Positions 35,347 to 45,386 are shown, counted from the first letter of the stretch. The stretch: DNA of 63,499 nucleotides from Candidatus Aenigmatarchaeota archaeon (GCA_039090665.1 JAWCSL010000003.1:1-63499); one strand, 5' to 3'. Numbers and translations are program-made. The notes: generated by a model from the letters alone, not told the origin.

Positions 35347-35982
35347 ATGAGCAAAAAATGGTACGAGCGCTATCATTGGTTTTTCTCGAGCAACAACATT
35401 TTGGTTATCCTTGGCAAAAATTCAAGAAATGATGAAACCATTCTCAAAAGATATACAAGACCACAAGACTTGGTTTTACATTCAGATTTGAAATCAAATT
35501 TCGCTGTGATAAGAAATGATTCTGCTCAAGTTTTACCAGCAGAAACAATTTATGAAGCTGCTGTTTTTCTTGCTTGTTACTCAGAAGCTTGGGATAAAAA
35601 GCTGGAGAAAGAGCAAGTTAGTGTTTTTTATGTCAAGCCTGAGCAAGTTAAGAAGCAAGAAGGAACAAAAGGGGTTTTTGAAATTATTGGAGAAAAGAAA
35701 TATCTGGAAAAAATTGAACCAAGGCTTTCTATTGGAATAAAACAAGAAGAAGTTTTTAACGCCAAGCTAATTTATGGTCCACCCACAGCAGTTAAAGCTC
35801 ACACTCCTTATTTAGTAACTCTTGTTCCAGGCGATACTCAAGCTAAAGCTTTGGCTGAAGAAATAAAGAGAGAATTGTTGCTAAAAGTTTGTCCTGAAAT
35901 TTCAAAAGCTACTGAAGAAATAGAACTGAAAGAAATAGAGAAGATAATTCCTTTCAAGAAAGGCGAGCTTGTTAAGCTTTAA
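35347..35982 (+). CDS. Stand-alone NFACT-R (Rqc2/NEMF C-terminal) domain protein
   Basis: KWYERYHWFFSS...LGKNSRNDE...LHSDL...EAAVFLACYSEAW...YVKPEQV. Confidence 0.82.
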   Translation: MSKKWYERYHWFFSSNNILVILGKNSRNDETILKRYTRPQDLVLHSDLKSNFAVIRNDSAQVLPAETIYEAAVFLACYSEAWDKKLEKEQVSVFYVKPEQVKKQEGTKGVFEIIGEKKYLEKIEPRLSIGIKQEEVFNAKLIYGPPTAVKAHTPYLVTLVPGDTQAKALAEEIKRELLLKVCPEISKATEEIELKEIEKIIPFKKGELVKL

Positions 35983-36013
35983 ATTTTTATTTTGATAACA
36001 CCAAAAGAATTTA

Positions 36014-36423
36014 ATGCAGTTCATCTTTAGTGAGCTGATAGAAAGGTTTCACGAGCTTTTAGGAACGCCTAAAGATCTTATTTTGGAAACATTCAAAGGC
36101 CTGATGCTACAGATTTTGTTTTGAATAAATGCATCTCGATAAAAAACTTCGGCAATTTTTATCTCTTAATAATATTTGAGATGGATGACCAGCTTGTGAG
36201 ATTTTCAAATGCTTACAGAATCTATCCACAGCTTTTGAATGGCTTTGATATAAGCAAGATGAAGCCTGTTGAAATTCTGGAAGAATTCATGAAAAAGTTT
36301 GGTATTCTTAAGCTGATACCAGCTTATGGCGAATGCAAATTCCTAATAGACAAAAAGAATAAGATTTTCTTTCCAGGAATTTTAGACATAGAGAAATATT
36401 TACAAGCACTTAAAAACTTGTAA
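36014..36423 (+). pseudogene. Probable frameshifted gene
   Basis: ATG 36014 frame stops at 36122-36124; the -1 frame is open from 36073 to 36423. Confidence 0.45.
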
Positions 36424-36446
36424 ATAGTTGGCAACAATAGATAATT

Positions 36447-37199
36447 ATGGTTAATTTGTTGCAAGCTTTGATTTTAGCAATAATCCAAGGCTTGACAGAA
36501 TGGCTTCCAATCTCAAGCTCTGGCCATTTGGTCATAGCCCAGCAGCTTTTTGGAATTAAAGCTTCTGTTTCTTTTAATGTCATACTCCACTTTGGTACTT
36601 TGCTTGCTGTAATTTATTTTTTGAGAAGAGATTTGCTTAAGCTCTTGAAATTTGATAGAGAAAGCAGGCAACTACTTGCCCATATTATAATAGGGAGTTT
36701 GCCTCTCGCCTTTTTTGGCCTTCTTCTCAAAAGCTTCTTCGAATCTCTCTTCTCAAGCTTACTTGCTGTTGGCTTAGCATTGCTTGCAAACGGAACAATT
36801 CTTTACTCAACAAAATTCTTCAGGCCAAAAAGAAAGCTCAATTTGCTTGATTCTTTTGCAATAGGTTTGGCTCAAATTTTCTCTCTAGCTCCAGGAATTT
36901 CAAGAAGTGGGATAACAATTTCTACTGCTTTGATGAGAAAGCTGGAGAAAAAAGAAGCTTACAAATTTTCCTTCTTGCTTTCCATAATTGCAATTCTTGG
37001 AGCAAGCTTGCTTAAGTTTGGCAAAATTGATTTTTCTCAAGAGCCGATCGAAATTGTTTTGGCAGGAATTTTGACTTCTGCTATTTTTGGCTACATTGCT
37101 CTAAAAACCATAGCCAAAACTGTTTTGGAAGGAAACTTTTACAAGTTTGCTTACTATTGTTGGATTGTTGGGGCAATAATTCTTTTGTTAAGCTTATAA
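36447..37199 (+). CDS. uppP: Undecaprenyl-diphosphate phosphatase (BacA/UppP)
   Basis: QGLTEWLPISSSGHL, LHFGT, PGISRSG. Confidence 0.92.
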   Translation: MVNLLQALILAIIQGLTEWLPISSSGHLVIAQQLFGIKASVSFNVILHFGTLLAVIYFLRRDLLKLLKFDRESRQLLAHIIIGSLPLAFFGLLLKSFFESLFSSLLAVGLALLANGTILYSTKFFRPKRKLNLLDSFAIGLAQIFSLAPGISRSGITISTALMRKLEKKEAYKFSFLLSIIAILGASLLKFGKIDFSQEPIEIVLAGILTSAIFGYIALKTIAKTVLEGNFYKFAYYCWIVGAIILLLSL

Positions 37200-37221
37200 T
37201 TTTTTATTTTCTCAATAAAAT

Positions 37222-37935
37222 TTAAGTTTCATAAAGTTTTTTCTCCAACCCTTTTTTAATGAATTCAATTTCCTCTTTTGTTGGGTCATATCTCAAGAAA
37301 GGATCTTTAATACCTTGTTCGTATGGATTGTCCTCGCCTCCTGCTATGTGATATAATTCATGTAGAACTTGCCTTTTAATTCTTACATCTCTAGGAATTT
37401 TTGAGTAAACTGCATCAAGACTTTTTATAGATATTACAATATTATTGCCAGAAAAAATTCCGTGTGGGTCATAAGTGTCGGAAGCCATTCTTCTTAATTT
37501 TTCATCTATATCTTTTCCAGTGAAACGAATTACAATCATATTTTTACCATAAGGCATTTCCTTAAGATCGTCAAGAGAAAAATTTTCTCCGCTTTCCTTA
37601 ACAATTTTTTTATAAACCGCTCTAGGAAAATAACTTTTAAGAAGCTTGTATACCTCTTCTATATCTTCCATATAAGACATACTTTCTGGAATCTCTATCT
37701 GAATTGTAGAAGGTATCTCTCCCTTACTCCACTCTTTCACTTCCTTTACTTTTGGCCCCCTGGCAAATAGCGTAATTGAAACTAAAGAAATTAAGATAAA
37801 TGAAAAGACTAAAGTGAAATTTTTTGGTGATGGAATAAGCATAAAACTTCCTGTAGTCGAATCAAATATTAAAATTAAGGCAAGAATCAGCATTAAAATC
37901 AAAACAAAGATTTGGAGCTTTTTCATTTTTATCAA
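37222..37935 (-). CDS. Membrane-anchored protein with zincin-like HExxH motif
   Basis: Two N-terminal hydrophobic helices; VLHELYHIAG near the C-terminus. Confidence 0.65.
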   Translation of the reverse strand: MIKMKKLQIFVLILMLILALILIFDSTTGSFMLIPSPKNFTLVFSFILISLVSITLFARGPKVKEVKEWSKGEIPSTIQIEIPESMSYMEDIEEVYKLLKSYFPRAVYKKIVKESGENFSLDDLKEMPYGKNMIVIRFTGKDIDEKLRRMASDTYDPHGIFSGNNIVISIKSLDAVYSKIPRDVRIKRQVLHELYHIAGGEDNPYEQGIKDPFLRYDPTKEEIEFIKKGLEKKLYET

Positions 37936-37999
37936 TAATACTTTTGTTTAATAAACTAAATAATCTTACTTGAATTAAATTCACAAGAAAAAAAGAAAG

Positions 38000-38303
38000 C
38001 TAAACTTTTTCCACTTTCTCTTTTTTCAGCGCAAACTTTGCTATCAAGAAGACAACAAAAGCTATTATCACAAGTTTATCACTGCTGACAAGAAAGACCC
38101 TAACTTTAAGACCACTGGTCCTTGGCGAAAGTTGCGGTTTTCCAATCTTCTCCTGGCAGTACTGGCGTGAGAATTGGCATTATTATGTCATTCACTAGAG
38201 ACTGAATCAAAGCAGTTATGGCAACACCCATGAGGAATGCTATCGCTAGTGGCAAAACCTTGTATTCCTTCAAGAAATCCAAAAATTCTTTCAACAAACC
38301 CAT
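38000..38303 (-). pseudogene. mscL: Large-conductance mechanosensitive channel with two single-base frameshifts
   Basis: EFLDFLKEYKVLPLAIAF...SLVNDIIMP in frame 1; GPVVLKLGSFLSAVIN in frame 2; VIIAFVVFLIAK...KEKVEKV in frame 3. Confidence 0.85.
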
Positions 38304-38383
38304 TTTCTCACTAATTATTATATTTGGTTAATAAATAAAAATTAACTGTAATGAAAATAGAACATAACCGTTTTTTGAATAAA

Positions 38384-39079
38384 TCATGACTTGTTTTCTT
38401 CAATTTTTCTGATCCAAATTTCTTTGAAGTAGTCTTCTTGCTCAGTTTCTATTTTTTTGTCATTCTCCAAATGTAACAGAGGAACAAATTTTTCTACAAT
38501 TCTCTTTCTCTCCCACTTCTTCACTATCTGGCTAAACCCAACTTTTTCACTCTTCATCTTCTTCATCAGCTCATCTATTTCTCTCATCATCTCTTCTATT
38601 CTCTTTGTGATGTCTTCTTCTGTTATTTGCAATTCAATCCTTTCTCTCCACCTTCTGCTTCTTTCAATCCTCCTTTCTCTCACAGCCATGGCTTTCCTTA
38701 AAGCCAAAATTAGCTCGTCTAGTGTTATTTGCCTTTTTGGTATTCTTCTTATAGGAATACCAAGCTGAACTAGGTTGGGATCTATACCTAAATCAACAGG
38801 TTGTTGTTGAGCAATTTGTTCTATTGTTTCTTCTTCTTCAAAAATTGAAAGATAATCTGCTTTTAATCTTAATAGAACAGCAGCAACAAACACAACACGG
38901 GCAGGAATTCTGAAATCTAACTCTTCTATTTTTTTCAAATAATTCAGGAAGCTGTCAGTTAGTTTGATCAAATCAATATTCCAAGGATCAAGCTTTTCTA
39001 TACTGACTATGTGGTAAATTATTTCTTCCCAATTTTCCTTTTCAAGAACAAGTTGGAGAATGTTTTCTTCTTCCGTCAT
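38384..39079 (-). CDS. scpA: Kleisin ScpA
   Basis: LDPWNIDLIKL, AAVLLRLK, ITLDELI, FVPLLHL...EQEDYF. Confidence 0.9.
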   Translation of the reverse strand: MTEEENILQLVLEKENWEEIIYHIVSIEKLDPWNIDLIKLTDSFLNYLKKIEELDFRIPARVVFVAAVLLRLKADYLSIFEEEETIEQIAQQQPVDLGIDPNLVQLGIPIRRIPKRQITLDELILALRKAMAVRERRIERSRRWRERIELQITEEDITKRIEEMMREIDELMKKMKSEKVGFSQIVKKWERKRIVEKFVPLLHLENDKKIETEQEDYFKEIWIRKIEENKS

Positions 39080-39149
39080 AATAATAATTTGGTTTTTTGT
39101 CTGAATAAAGCTTGAAAAGATTTAAATCTTTTTTAAATAAAGTTAATTT

Positions 39150-39819
39150 GTGAATTTAAAAAATTTAATAAAAAAATTTAAGAATTTTGAAAAAGCGATT
39201 TATGACCTTGATTTAAAAGAAAAAATAAAATCCTTACCTTATCCATCCGCTGTCGCTACTCCAATTGCAAATATTGTTGTTACTTATTTGGGATTGAAAC
39301 TTCCTACAAAAATAATAAGAATAAAAGAAGCATATATTCCTGCTCAAAGATTCATAGATATATATGGTTTAGAAAGAGGACTTTTGCTAACTTATATATA
39401 CAATCTCCCCAACTTAGTATTTTCTACTTACTGCCAATTCCATCTATGGTTATTGAAAATTTAATTTCTCGAGAGTTCAAAAAGATATAACTGGCACAAT
39501 TTCTGCTCTACCTTTAAATTCTTTGACACTTTTGGGAAGCTACATCATAGCTAAAGATGTTTACAACATTACTCGTGTACTTTTATATGAAAGCTGCGGT
39601 CTTTTGCCTCCATTTCGTGAAATTGTTGGAGCCATTTCGTCTACAGCAATGGTTTTTCCATTTTTCTATACATTTTTCAAAAGAAATTTTTCGAAGGATA
39701 TGAGAGAAAAATATAAAAATCTTTACAATTTTTTCGTGGACATAAAAAAAAGACATAGAAGAAGAGATTTATGGTATGCGTACGGTAGGGAAGAAAAAGA
39801 AATAACTCTCCTAATTTAA
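39150..39819 (+). pseudogene. Opposite-strand insert between smc and scpA: two ORFs, possibly one broken gene
   Basis: ORFs 39150-39464 and 39457-39819 overlap in different frames, with a third short open frame bridging them. Confidence 0.4.
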
Positions 39820-39823
39820 GAAG

Positions 39824-42313
39824 TTAAGTTTCTTTAGGCAACTCAATTCCCAAAATTTTCGTTTCTCCCCTATCCATAGTACAACCATAAACCCTGTCAC
39901 CATAAGTTATTGTTGTATCATTGTGTGTGATCACAATGAACTGAGCTTCTTTCGAGAGCATTTTCAACAATTCGGCAACCTTCTTGCTATTCTCTTTATC
40001 CAAAGCAGCATCCACTTCATCCAAGATGTAAAAAGGAGCTGGTTTGTATTCTTGAACAGCAAACAAGAATGCTAAGGCAGTCAAGCTCTTCTCCCCACCA
40101 GACATAGCATCTATGTTCAAAAGCATCTTGCCCCCAGGATTTGCTTGAATTAACAACCCACTTTCTAAATTGTTTGGATCCTCAAGTTCCAAACTTGCAT
40201 TACCACCAGTCATCTTGTTGAACATTTCATTGAACTTCTTGCTGACATCTTGCAAAGTCTTAAAGAAAACTTCTCTTCTCTTTTGCTCTATTTGTTCAAT
40301 CATCTCAAGTACAGCTTTTTTTTCTGCCAATATCTTTTCATACTTTTGTTTGTATTCATCAAATTCCGTCTTAAACTTCTCGTATTGCTCTATTGCTTTA
40401 AAATTCACAGCTCCTAAGCTTAAAAGCTCATTTTGGGCTTGTCTTATTGCTATTTCCAAACTTCTCACACTTTTTTCAATAGGCTTAATTTCACCATATT
40501 GCTGAGCTTCCACTTTTAATGTCTCAAGTTCGGCTTCTATTCTTGCTTTTTGAATGGAAAGTTTATTGAGTTCTGTCTGAACCGCAAGTCTTTGTTCATA
40601 TGCAATTTTTCTCTTTTGTCTTAAGGAATCAAGCTCTTGTTCAGTATCAATTTTTATTTTTTCCAAATCAACCAGTTCTTTTGTTTCTTCAGATTTTGAA
40701 AGTTCTTTTAATCTTGCTTCACATTCTTGAATTTCTTTTTCGAAAGTTTGAATTTCTTCCTTTAATTTTTCCCTCAGTTTGAGATATTCTTCTATTTCAG
40801 CTTCGGTTGGTACAACTTTTGTAGCTCTTAAATAATAGCCTCCTATCATTGCTCCGCTTTTTTCAGCTAAATCTCCATCTAGGCTGACCATTCTAACTTT
40901 TCCTATGCCAATTTTTCTCATTGTTTCTAAATCTTCAACCACAAGTGTATTACCAAAAACAAACTCAATGGCAGGAGAAAACTTTTTATCAAACTCTATG
41001 AGTTTGCTTGCAACACCAATAACACCTTCCTCTTTGAGCAGATCTTTTTCTTCAAGTTCAACTGGTTTTATTTTGTTTAAGGGCAAGAAAGTAGCCCTTC
41101 CTATTCTTTCTTTCTTCAAAAATTCTATGCAGTTTTTAGCAGTTTCATCAGAATCAACAACTAAATCGTTTAAGTGAGGTCCGGCAGCAACTTCTATTGC
41201 TGTTTGATATTTTTCCGGAACTCTTATTAGGCTAGATATGACACCAAAAACACCTTTTATTTTTTGGTCTAAAATAGCTTTCACAGCTCTTGGTAATCCC
41301 AATTCACTTCTGGCTTCAATTTCCCTTAGCTTTTGAATCAAAGAATCTATTCTTTCAATTTCTTTTTTGTTTGAGTCAATTTTATCTTTATTAATCATTA
41401 TTTTAGTTCTCAGGTAAGAAATTTCTCTTTCAACTTCAACCTTCTTTGATAATGTTACAAGTTTGGCAGCAATCTCTCTTATTCCTTTTTCTCTTCTTTC
41501 AAGCTCAGCCTCTAAGGCTTCGATTTCTTTCTGTAGCAATTCATTTTCTTTTTCTTTCTTTTCAATTTCTTTGTTTAAATCTTCTATGGCTTTGTTGAAC
41601 TCTTGAATTTTTCTATGAACTAAGGAAGCTTTTAATAATTGCAATTGGGCTTGAAGTTCTTGGTATCTCAAAGCAGCATTTCTCTCTTCTTCTAACCTCT
41701 TAAAAATTTCATATCTTTCTGTAATCACTATTTCAGCTTCTTTTAACTTTGCATCCACTTCGGCCAAATCTTTCATCGCTTTTTCTTTCTTTTCATTGTA
41801 TTCAGCTATTCCTGAAATCTCATCTATTATAGCTCTTCTTTCTATAGGATTCATCTCTATCACATTGGTGACATCTCCTTGCAACACAATGTTATGACCA
41901 TCAGGGTAAATTCTAGCCGTGGCCAAAACTTCTAATATTTTTTCTCTTGTTGTAGTTTTTCCATTTAGCTTGTAAACAGAAACTCCTTTTCTGTTTATTT
42001 TTCTTGTTATAGAAATTTCAGGCTCTTCAAAAGGAAAGACCTTTTCACTATTGTCAAAATAAATGGTAACCGAAGCTATTTCAGCTGGAGGTTTTCCATT
42101 TCCCCCATGGAAAATTAGCTCGTGGAGCCTTCCCGCTCTGAGAGATTTAACAGAAGTGCTTCCTAAAGCAAAAGCTATTGCGTCAAGTAGATTTGATTTT
42201 CCACTTCCATTCGGTCCACATATTATTATTAATCCAGGTGAAAGGGGAACTGCAATTTTTTTATTAAAACTTTTGAATCCTTGTAACACAATTTTTTTAA
42301 TGTAAGTTTTCAT
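39824..42313 (-). CDS. smc: SMC protein (short, 829 aa)
   Basis: GPNGSGKSN, LQGDV Q-loop, hinge GVFGVISSLI...GRATFLPL...LDGD...GAMIGG, MSGGEKS, ILDEVDAALD, ITHN. Confidence 0.95.
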   Translation of the reverse strand: MKTYIKKIVLQGFKSFNKKIAVPLSPGLIIICGPNGSGKSNLLDAIAFALGSTSVKSLRAGRLHELIFHGGNGKPPAEIASVTIYFDNSEKVFPFEEPEISITRKINRKGVSVYKLNGKTTTREKILEVLATARIYPDGHNIVLQGDVTNVIEMNPIERRAIIDEISGIAEYNEKKEKAMKDLAEVDAKLKEAEIVITERYEIFKRLEEERNAALRYQELQAQLQLLKASLVHRKIQEFNKAIEDLNKEIEKKEKENELLQKEIEALEAELERREKGIREIAAKLVTLSKKVEVEREISYLRTKIMINKDKIDSNKKEIERIDSLIQKLREIEARSELGLPRAVKAILDQKIKGVFGVISSLIRVPEKYQTAIEVAAGPHLNDLVVDSDETAKNCIEFLKKERIGRATFLPLNKIKPVELEEKDLLKEEGVIGVASKLIEFDKKFSPAIEFVFGNTLVVEDLETMRKIGIGKVRMVSLDGDLAEKSGAMIGGYYLRATKVVPTEAEIEEYLKLREKLKEEIQTFEKEIQECEARLKELSKSEETKELVDLEKIKIDTEQELDSLRQKRKIAYEQRLAVQTELNKLSIQKARIEAELETLKVEAQQYGEIKPIEKSVRSLEIAIRQAQNELLSLGAVNFKAIEQYEKFKTEFDEYKQKYEKILAEKKAVLEMIEQIEQKRREVFFKTLQDVSKKFNEMFNKMTGGNASLELEDPNNLESGLLIQANPGGKMLLNIDAMSGGEKSLTALAFLFAVQEYKPAPFYILDEVDAALDKENSKKVAELLKMLSKEAQFIVITHNDTTITYGDRVYGCTMDRGETKILGIELPKET

Positions 42314-42483
42314 TTTTTCTTCACCTCGATTTCATGTTTTTCCATCAACAGTCTTAACCCAGCTCTTATCGCTTCAGCTTTTGTAGCGTAAAGTCCGCTT
42401 TCGACAAGAGTATCGAGAAGCTCTAGCAAGGCGCCATCAAACTTTATCGGAATTATTTTGGTTTTGTTTTTCAAGTTTTTCAT
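42310..42483 (-). CDS. Ribbon-helix-helix protein (CdrS/CopG-like) overlapping the smc start
   Basis: Manual translation, 57 aa: MKNLKNKTKIIPIKFDGALLELLDTLVESGLYATKAEAIRAGLRLLMEKH; ATGA overlap with smc. Not in ORF track. Confidence 0.8.
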   Translation of the reverse strand: MKNLKNKTKIIPIKFDGALLELLDTLVESGLYATKAEAIRAGLRLLMEKHEIEVKKK

Positions 42484-42519
42484 ATATAAATATTATATCT
42501 TTTTTATATATAGCCTAAA

Positions 42520-43743
42520 CTACACATCAAAATACTTTTCAATTTCCCAGTCCGTGATTTTTTTCCTGTTGTATTCTTCTACTTCTGCTTTCTTTAATTC
42601 AATGAATTTTTCAAAAGATGGTCCTAACAAGTTTTTCATCAGCCCATCTTTTTCTAATTCTTTTAAAGCCTCTTCAAGAGTCGACGGCAAGCTTTCTAGA
42701 GTTTTGTACTTCCCATTTTCATAAATATCTTCTTCTATAGCTTTTTCTAGTTGAAGTTTGTCTTTTATTCCTTCAAGCCCAGCTTCAATAAGAGCAGCAA
42801 GAGCTAGATATGGGTTTGCACTCGCATCCGAAGCCCTAAACTCTATCCTTGCAGAAGCTTGGCTAAGAATTTCAGGAATCCTTACTAGAGCATCCCTGTT
42901 CTTACTTCCCCAGTAAATATACTTTGGAGCTTCAAATTCACCTAATCTCTTGTAGGAATTTATTGTTGGATTTGTTATTGCAGCTATTGCTTTAACATGT
43001 TTGAAGATACCTGCAATAAAAAATTTTGCTGTTTGTGAGAGCTTATGCTCATCATTTTCATCGTAAAACAAATTTCTTTCTTTACTCCAAAGGCTTATGT
43101 GTAAGTGCATACCATTTCCAGGTAATCCAAAGAAAGGTTTTGGCATGAAAGTAGCTCTAAGACCAGAAGATTCTGCCACCAGCTTTATAACATTTTTAGC
43201 AAACAAAATTTTGTCTGCTGTGGAGACAGGATTATCATACTTTATGTCAATTTCATTCTGTCCAGGACCTACTTCATGATGTCCTGTATCCCATTCTATC
43301 CCAGCTTTTGTTAGAGTTTCGATTATTTTTATTTTGATTTCGTGTGCTTTATCTTTAGGTGAGACATCAAAATAACTTCCTTTGTCAATTTTTTCTCCAT
43401 TTTTCAAAAGATAAAACTCAAGCTCACCAGCGGCAAAAGTTCTAAATCCTAAAGATTCAACCTCCTTTAAAACTTTTTTTAAGATGACTCTTGGATCACC
43501 TTCATAGGGTTTGTCCCCTGAATAAATATCACAAAAATATACTTCTGAATCATTTAATTTGAATCTTGAATTTTCATCTGGCTTGAGTCTCATGTCGCTT
43601 TCAAACCTTCTTGCTAAGCCAAGAATAGAAGAACCATCAAACCATATCCCCTTTTCTTTAGATTCTCTAAATTTTCTTTCAGAAACAAGAACTTCTTTTA
43701 AAGTTCCATTCATGTCAGAAAATCTTAGGCTGACGAAATCCAT
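42520..43743 (-). CDS. glnA: Glutamine synthetase type I
   Basis: FDGSSI, GELEFY, HHEVGPGQNEI, TFMPKP, GNGMHLH, NSYKRL, NRDALVRIP, RIEFR. Confidence 0.94.
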   Translation of the reverse strand: MDFVSLRFSDMNGTLKEVLVSERKFRESKEKGIWFDGSSILGLARRFESDMRLKPDENSRFKLNDSEVYFCDIYSGDKPYEGDPRVILKKVLKEVESLGFRTFAAGELEFYLLKNGEKIDKGSYFDVSPKDKAHEIKIKIIETLTKAGIEWDTGHHEVGPGQNEIDIKYDNPVSTADKILFAKNVIKLVAESSGLRATFMPKPFFGLPGNGMHLHISLWSKERNLFYDENDEHKLSQTAKFFIAGIFKHVKAIAAITNPTINSYKRLGEFEAPKYIYWGSKNRDALVRIPEILSQASARIEFRASDASANPYLALAALIEAGLEGIKDKLQLEKAIEEDIYENGKYKTLESLPSTLEEALKELEKDGLMKNLLGPSFEKFIELKKAEVEEYNRKKITDWEIEKYFDV

Positions 43744-43776
43744 ATTTTTTCTTTGAATTTAATCTTTAAAAACTTT

Positions 43777-44085
43777 TCAAGAGGTCTTAAATTTTGACAA
43801 GATGTATGTGAGGAAAACTGTAATAAAACTTATCGCTAAAGCAACATAAAACTTATAGTAAACTTCACTTTGTGAGGGCAAAAAAGTTGTTATTGCACTT
43901 CTTATAGCTTCATTCCAACTTAAGGCTGCAACAAGAGTGAAGGAAGAGATTAGTAGTGTGATTAAATTTTCCTTGAAAACTTTCCTGAATTTTCTCAGTT
44001 CATTTTTTATAGCAATTCCTCTACTTTGGAGCTTCCACTTGTTGTTGTTTTTGAACCTTTTGATAAGATAGACAAGAGGACTCAT
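43777..44085 (-). CDS. DUF5654-type small membrane protein
   Basis: LISSFTLVAALSWNEAI motif. Confidence 0.7.
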   Translation of the reverse strand: MSPLVYLIKRFKNNNKWKLQSRGIAIKNELRKFRKVFKENLITLLISSFTLVAALSWNEAIRSAITTFLPSQSEVYYKFYVALAISFITVFLTYILSKFKTS

Positions 44086-44234
44086 AGAGAAATAGTTTTG
44101 TTTTCTCTATTTTTAAAATTTTATCTTTTTTAGAAAAATACAAAAAATTCATTAATGGATTTCTCCAAATCTTCAATTTTTTAATTTTTCCCATTCACAT
44201 AAAGAATTAGTTTTATAAAAAAATTTGAGCTTTA

Positions 44235-44308
44235 TGGGCCCGGAGGGATTTGAACCCTCGACCAACTGGTTAAGAGCCAGCTGCTCTACCATGCTGAGCT
44301 ACGGGCCC
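44235..44308 (-). tRNA. tRNA-Lys(CUU)
   Basis: GGGCCCG/CGGGCCC, stem GCTGG/CCAGT, loop CTCTTAA. Confidence 0.95.
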
Positions 44309-44383
44309 GATAAAAGATATCTCTGTTTTCACAAATTAATTTGTTTAAACTTTTATTATAAAACAACAAAAAGTTTTTCTGAT

Positions 44384-45364
44384 ATGGAAAAGCTTACAAT
44401 AGATCAAATTACAAGAAAGAAATTGAGGAATGCCAAGTACGGAGTTTTCGGACACTCCACAGTTCATATTTGTAACTGGACAAAGAGAGCTTTACGCAAT
44501 CAAGGCACATGCTACAAAAACAAGTTTTATGGTATAGAGACACATAGATGCATGGAATTCTCTCCAGCTGGAATGTTTTGTCAGAATCGTTGCATTTATT
44601 GCTGGCGCCCCACAGAATTTTACAAGCTTTTGGAGATGAAAGTTGAGCAGGTTGATGAGCCGGAGCAAATAATCCAAGCTTTGATTAAAGAAAGAAAAAA
44701 GCTCTTGACAGGTTTCGGAAGCAATAAAAAAGTGAAAAGAGAGAAGCTGAAAGAAGCTTATGATCCAACGCATTTTGCAATTTCTCTTAGCGGGGAGCCG
44801 ACTATATATCCCAAGCTTCCAGAAATGATAAAGTATTTAAAAACCTTACCTCAAACAAAATCAATTTTTTTGGTGACAAACGGTCAAGAGCCAAAAATGC
44901 TTGAAAGACTGGAGAGAGAAAGCGCTTTACCTACTCAAATTTACTTGAGTATGAATGCTGGCACAAAAGGAACTTTTTTTAAAGTGAATTGTCCTTTGCT
45001 AAAAGATGCTTGGAAAAGGTTCGACAAGAGCTTGAAATTTTTAAGCAAGACAAAAACAAGGACTGTTATAAGGATAACTTTAATCAAAGGTTTTAATGAT
45101 TCTGAAGAAGAGATTCCAGAATTTGCAAAACTGGTGAAAAAAGCAAATCCAAATTTTGTTGAAGTAAAATCTTACATGCACGTTGGTAGCTCTATAACAA
45201 GACTTTCGGCTCAACACATGCTTGAACAAAATGAAGTAAAAAATTGGGCCGAAAAATTGCGTAATTTCTTACCAAATTTTGAATATATGGATGAGCAAGA
45301 AGAATCAAGAATTGTGGTTATGCAGAACAAAGAAAGATTTGTGGATAGATGGATAATCAAATAA
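44384..45364 (+). CDS. taw1: 4-demethylwyosine synthase (Tyw1/Taw1)
   Basis: HSTVHICNW, YGIETHRC, CQNRCIYCWRP, AISLSGEPT, VTNG, EVKSY. Start moved past the tRNA. Confidence 0.93.
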   Translation: MEKLTIDQITRKKLRNAKYGVFGHSTVHICNWTKRALRNQGTCYKNKFYGIETHRCMEFSPAGMFCQNRCIYCWRPTEFYKLLEMKVEQVDEPEQIIQALIKERKKLLTGFGSNKKVKREKLKEAYDPTHFAISLSGEPTIYPKLPEMIKYLKTLPQTKSIFLVTNGQEPKMLERLERESALPTQIYLSMNAGTKGTFFKVNCPLLKDAWKRFDKSLKFLSKTKTRTVIRITLIKGFNDSEEEIPEFAKLVKKANPNFVEVKSYMHVGSSITRLSAQHMLEQNEVKNWAEKLRNFLPNFEYMDEQEESRIVVMQNKERFVDRWIIK

Positions 45365-45386
45365 AATCTAGAATAAAATTTTATTT

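Noticed and set aside
36447-37199. Bacterial-type UppP in an archaeon
   Set aside because: BacA/UppP homologues are already known in many archaea; not unusual on its own.
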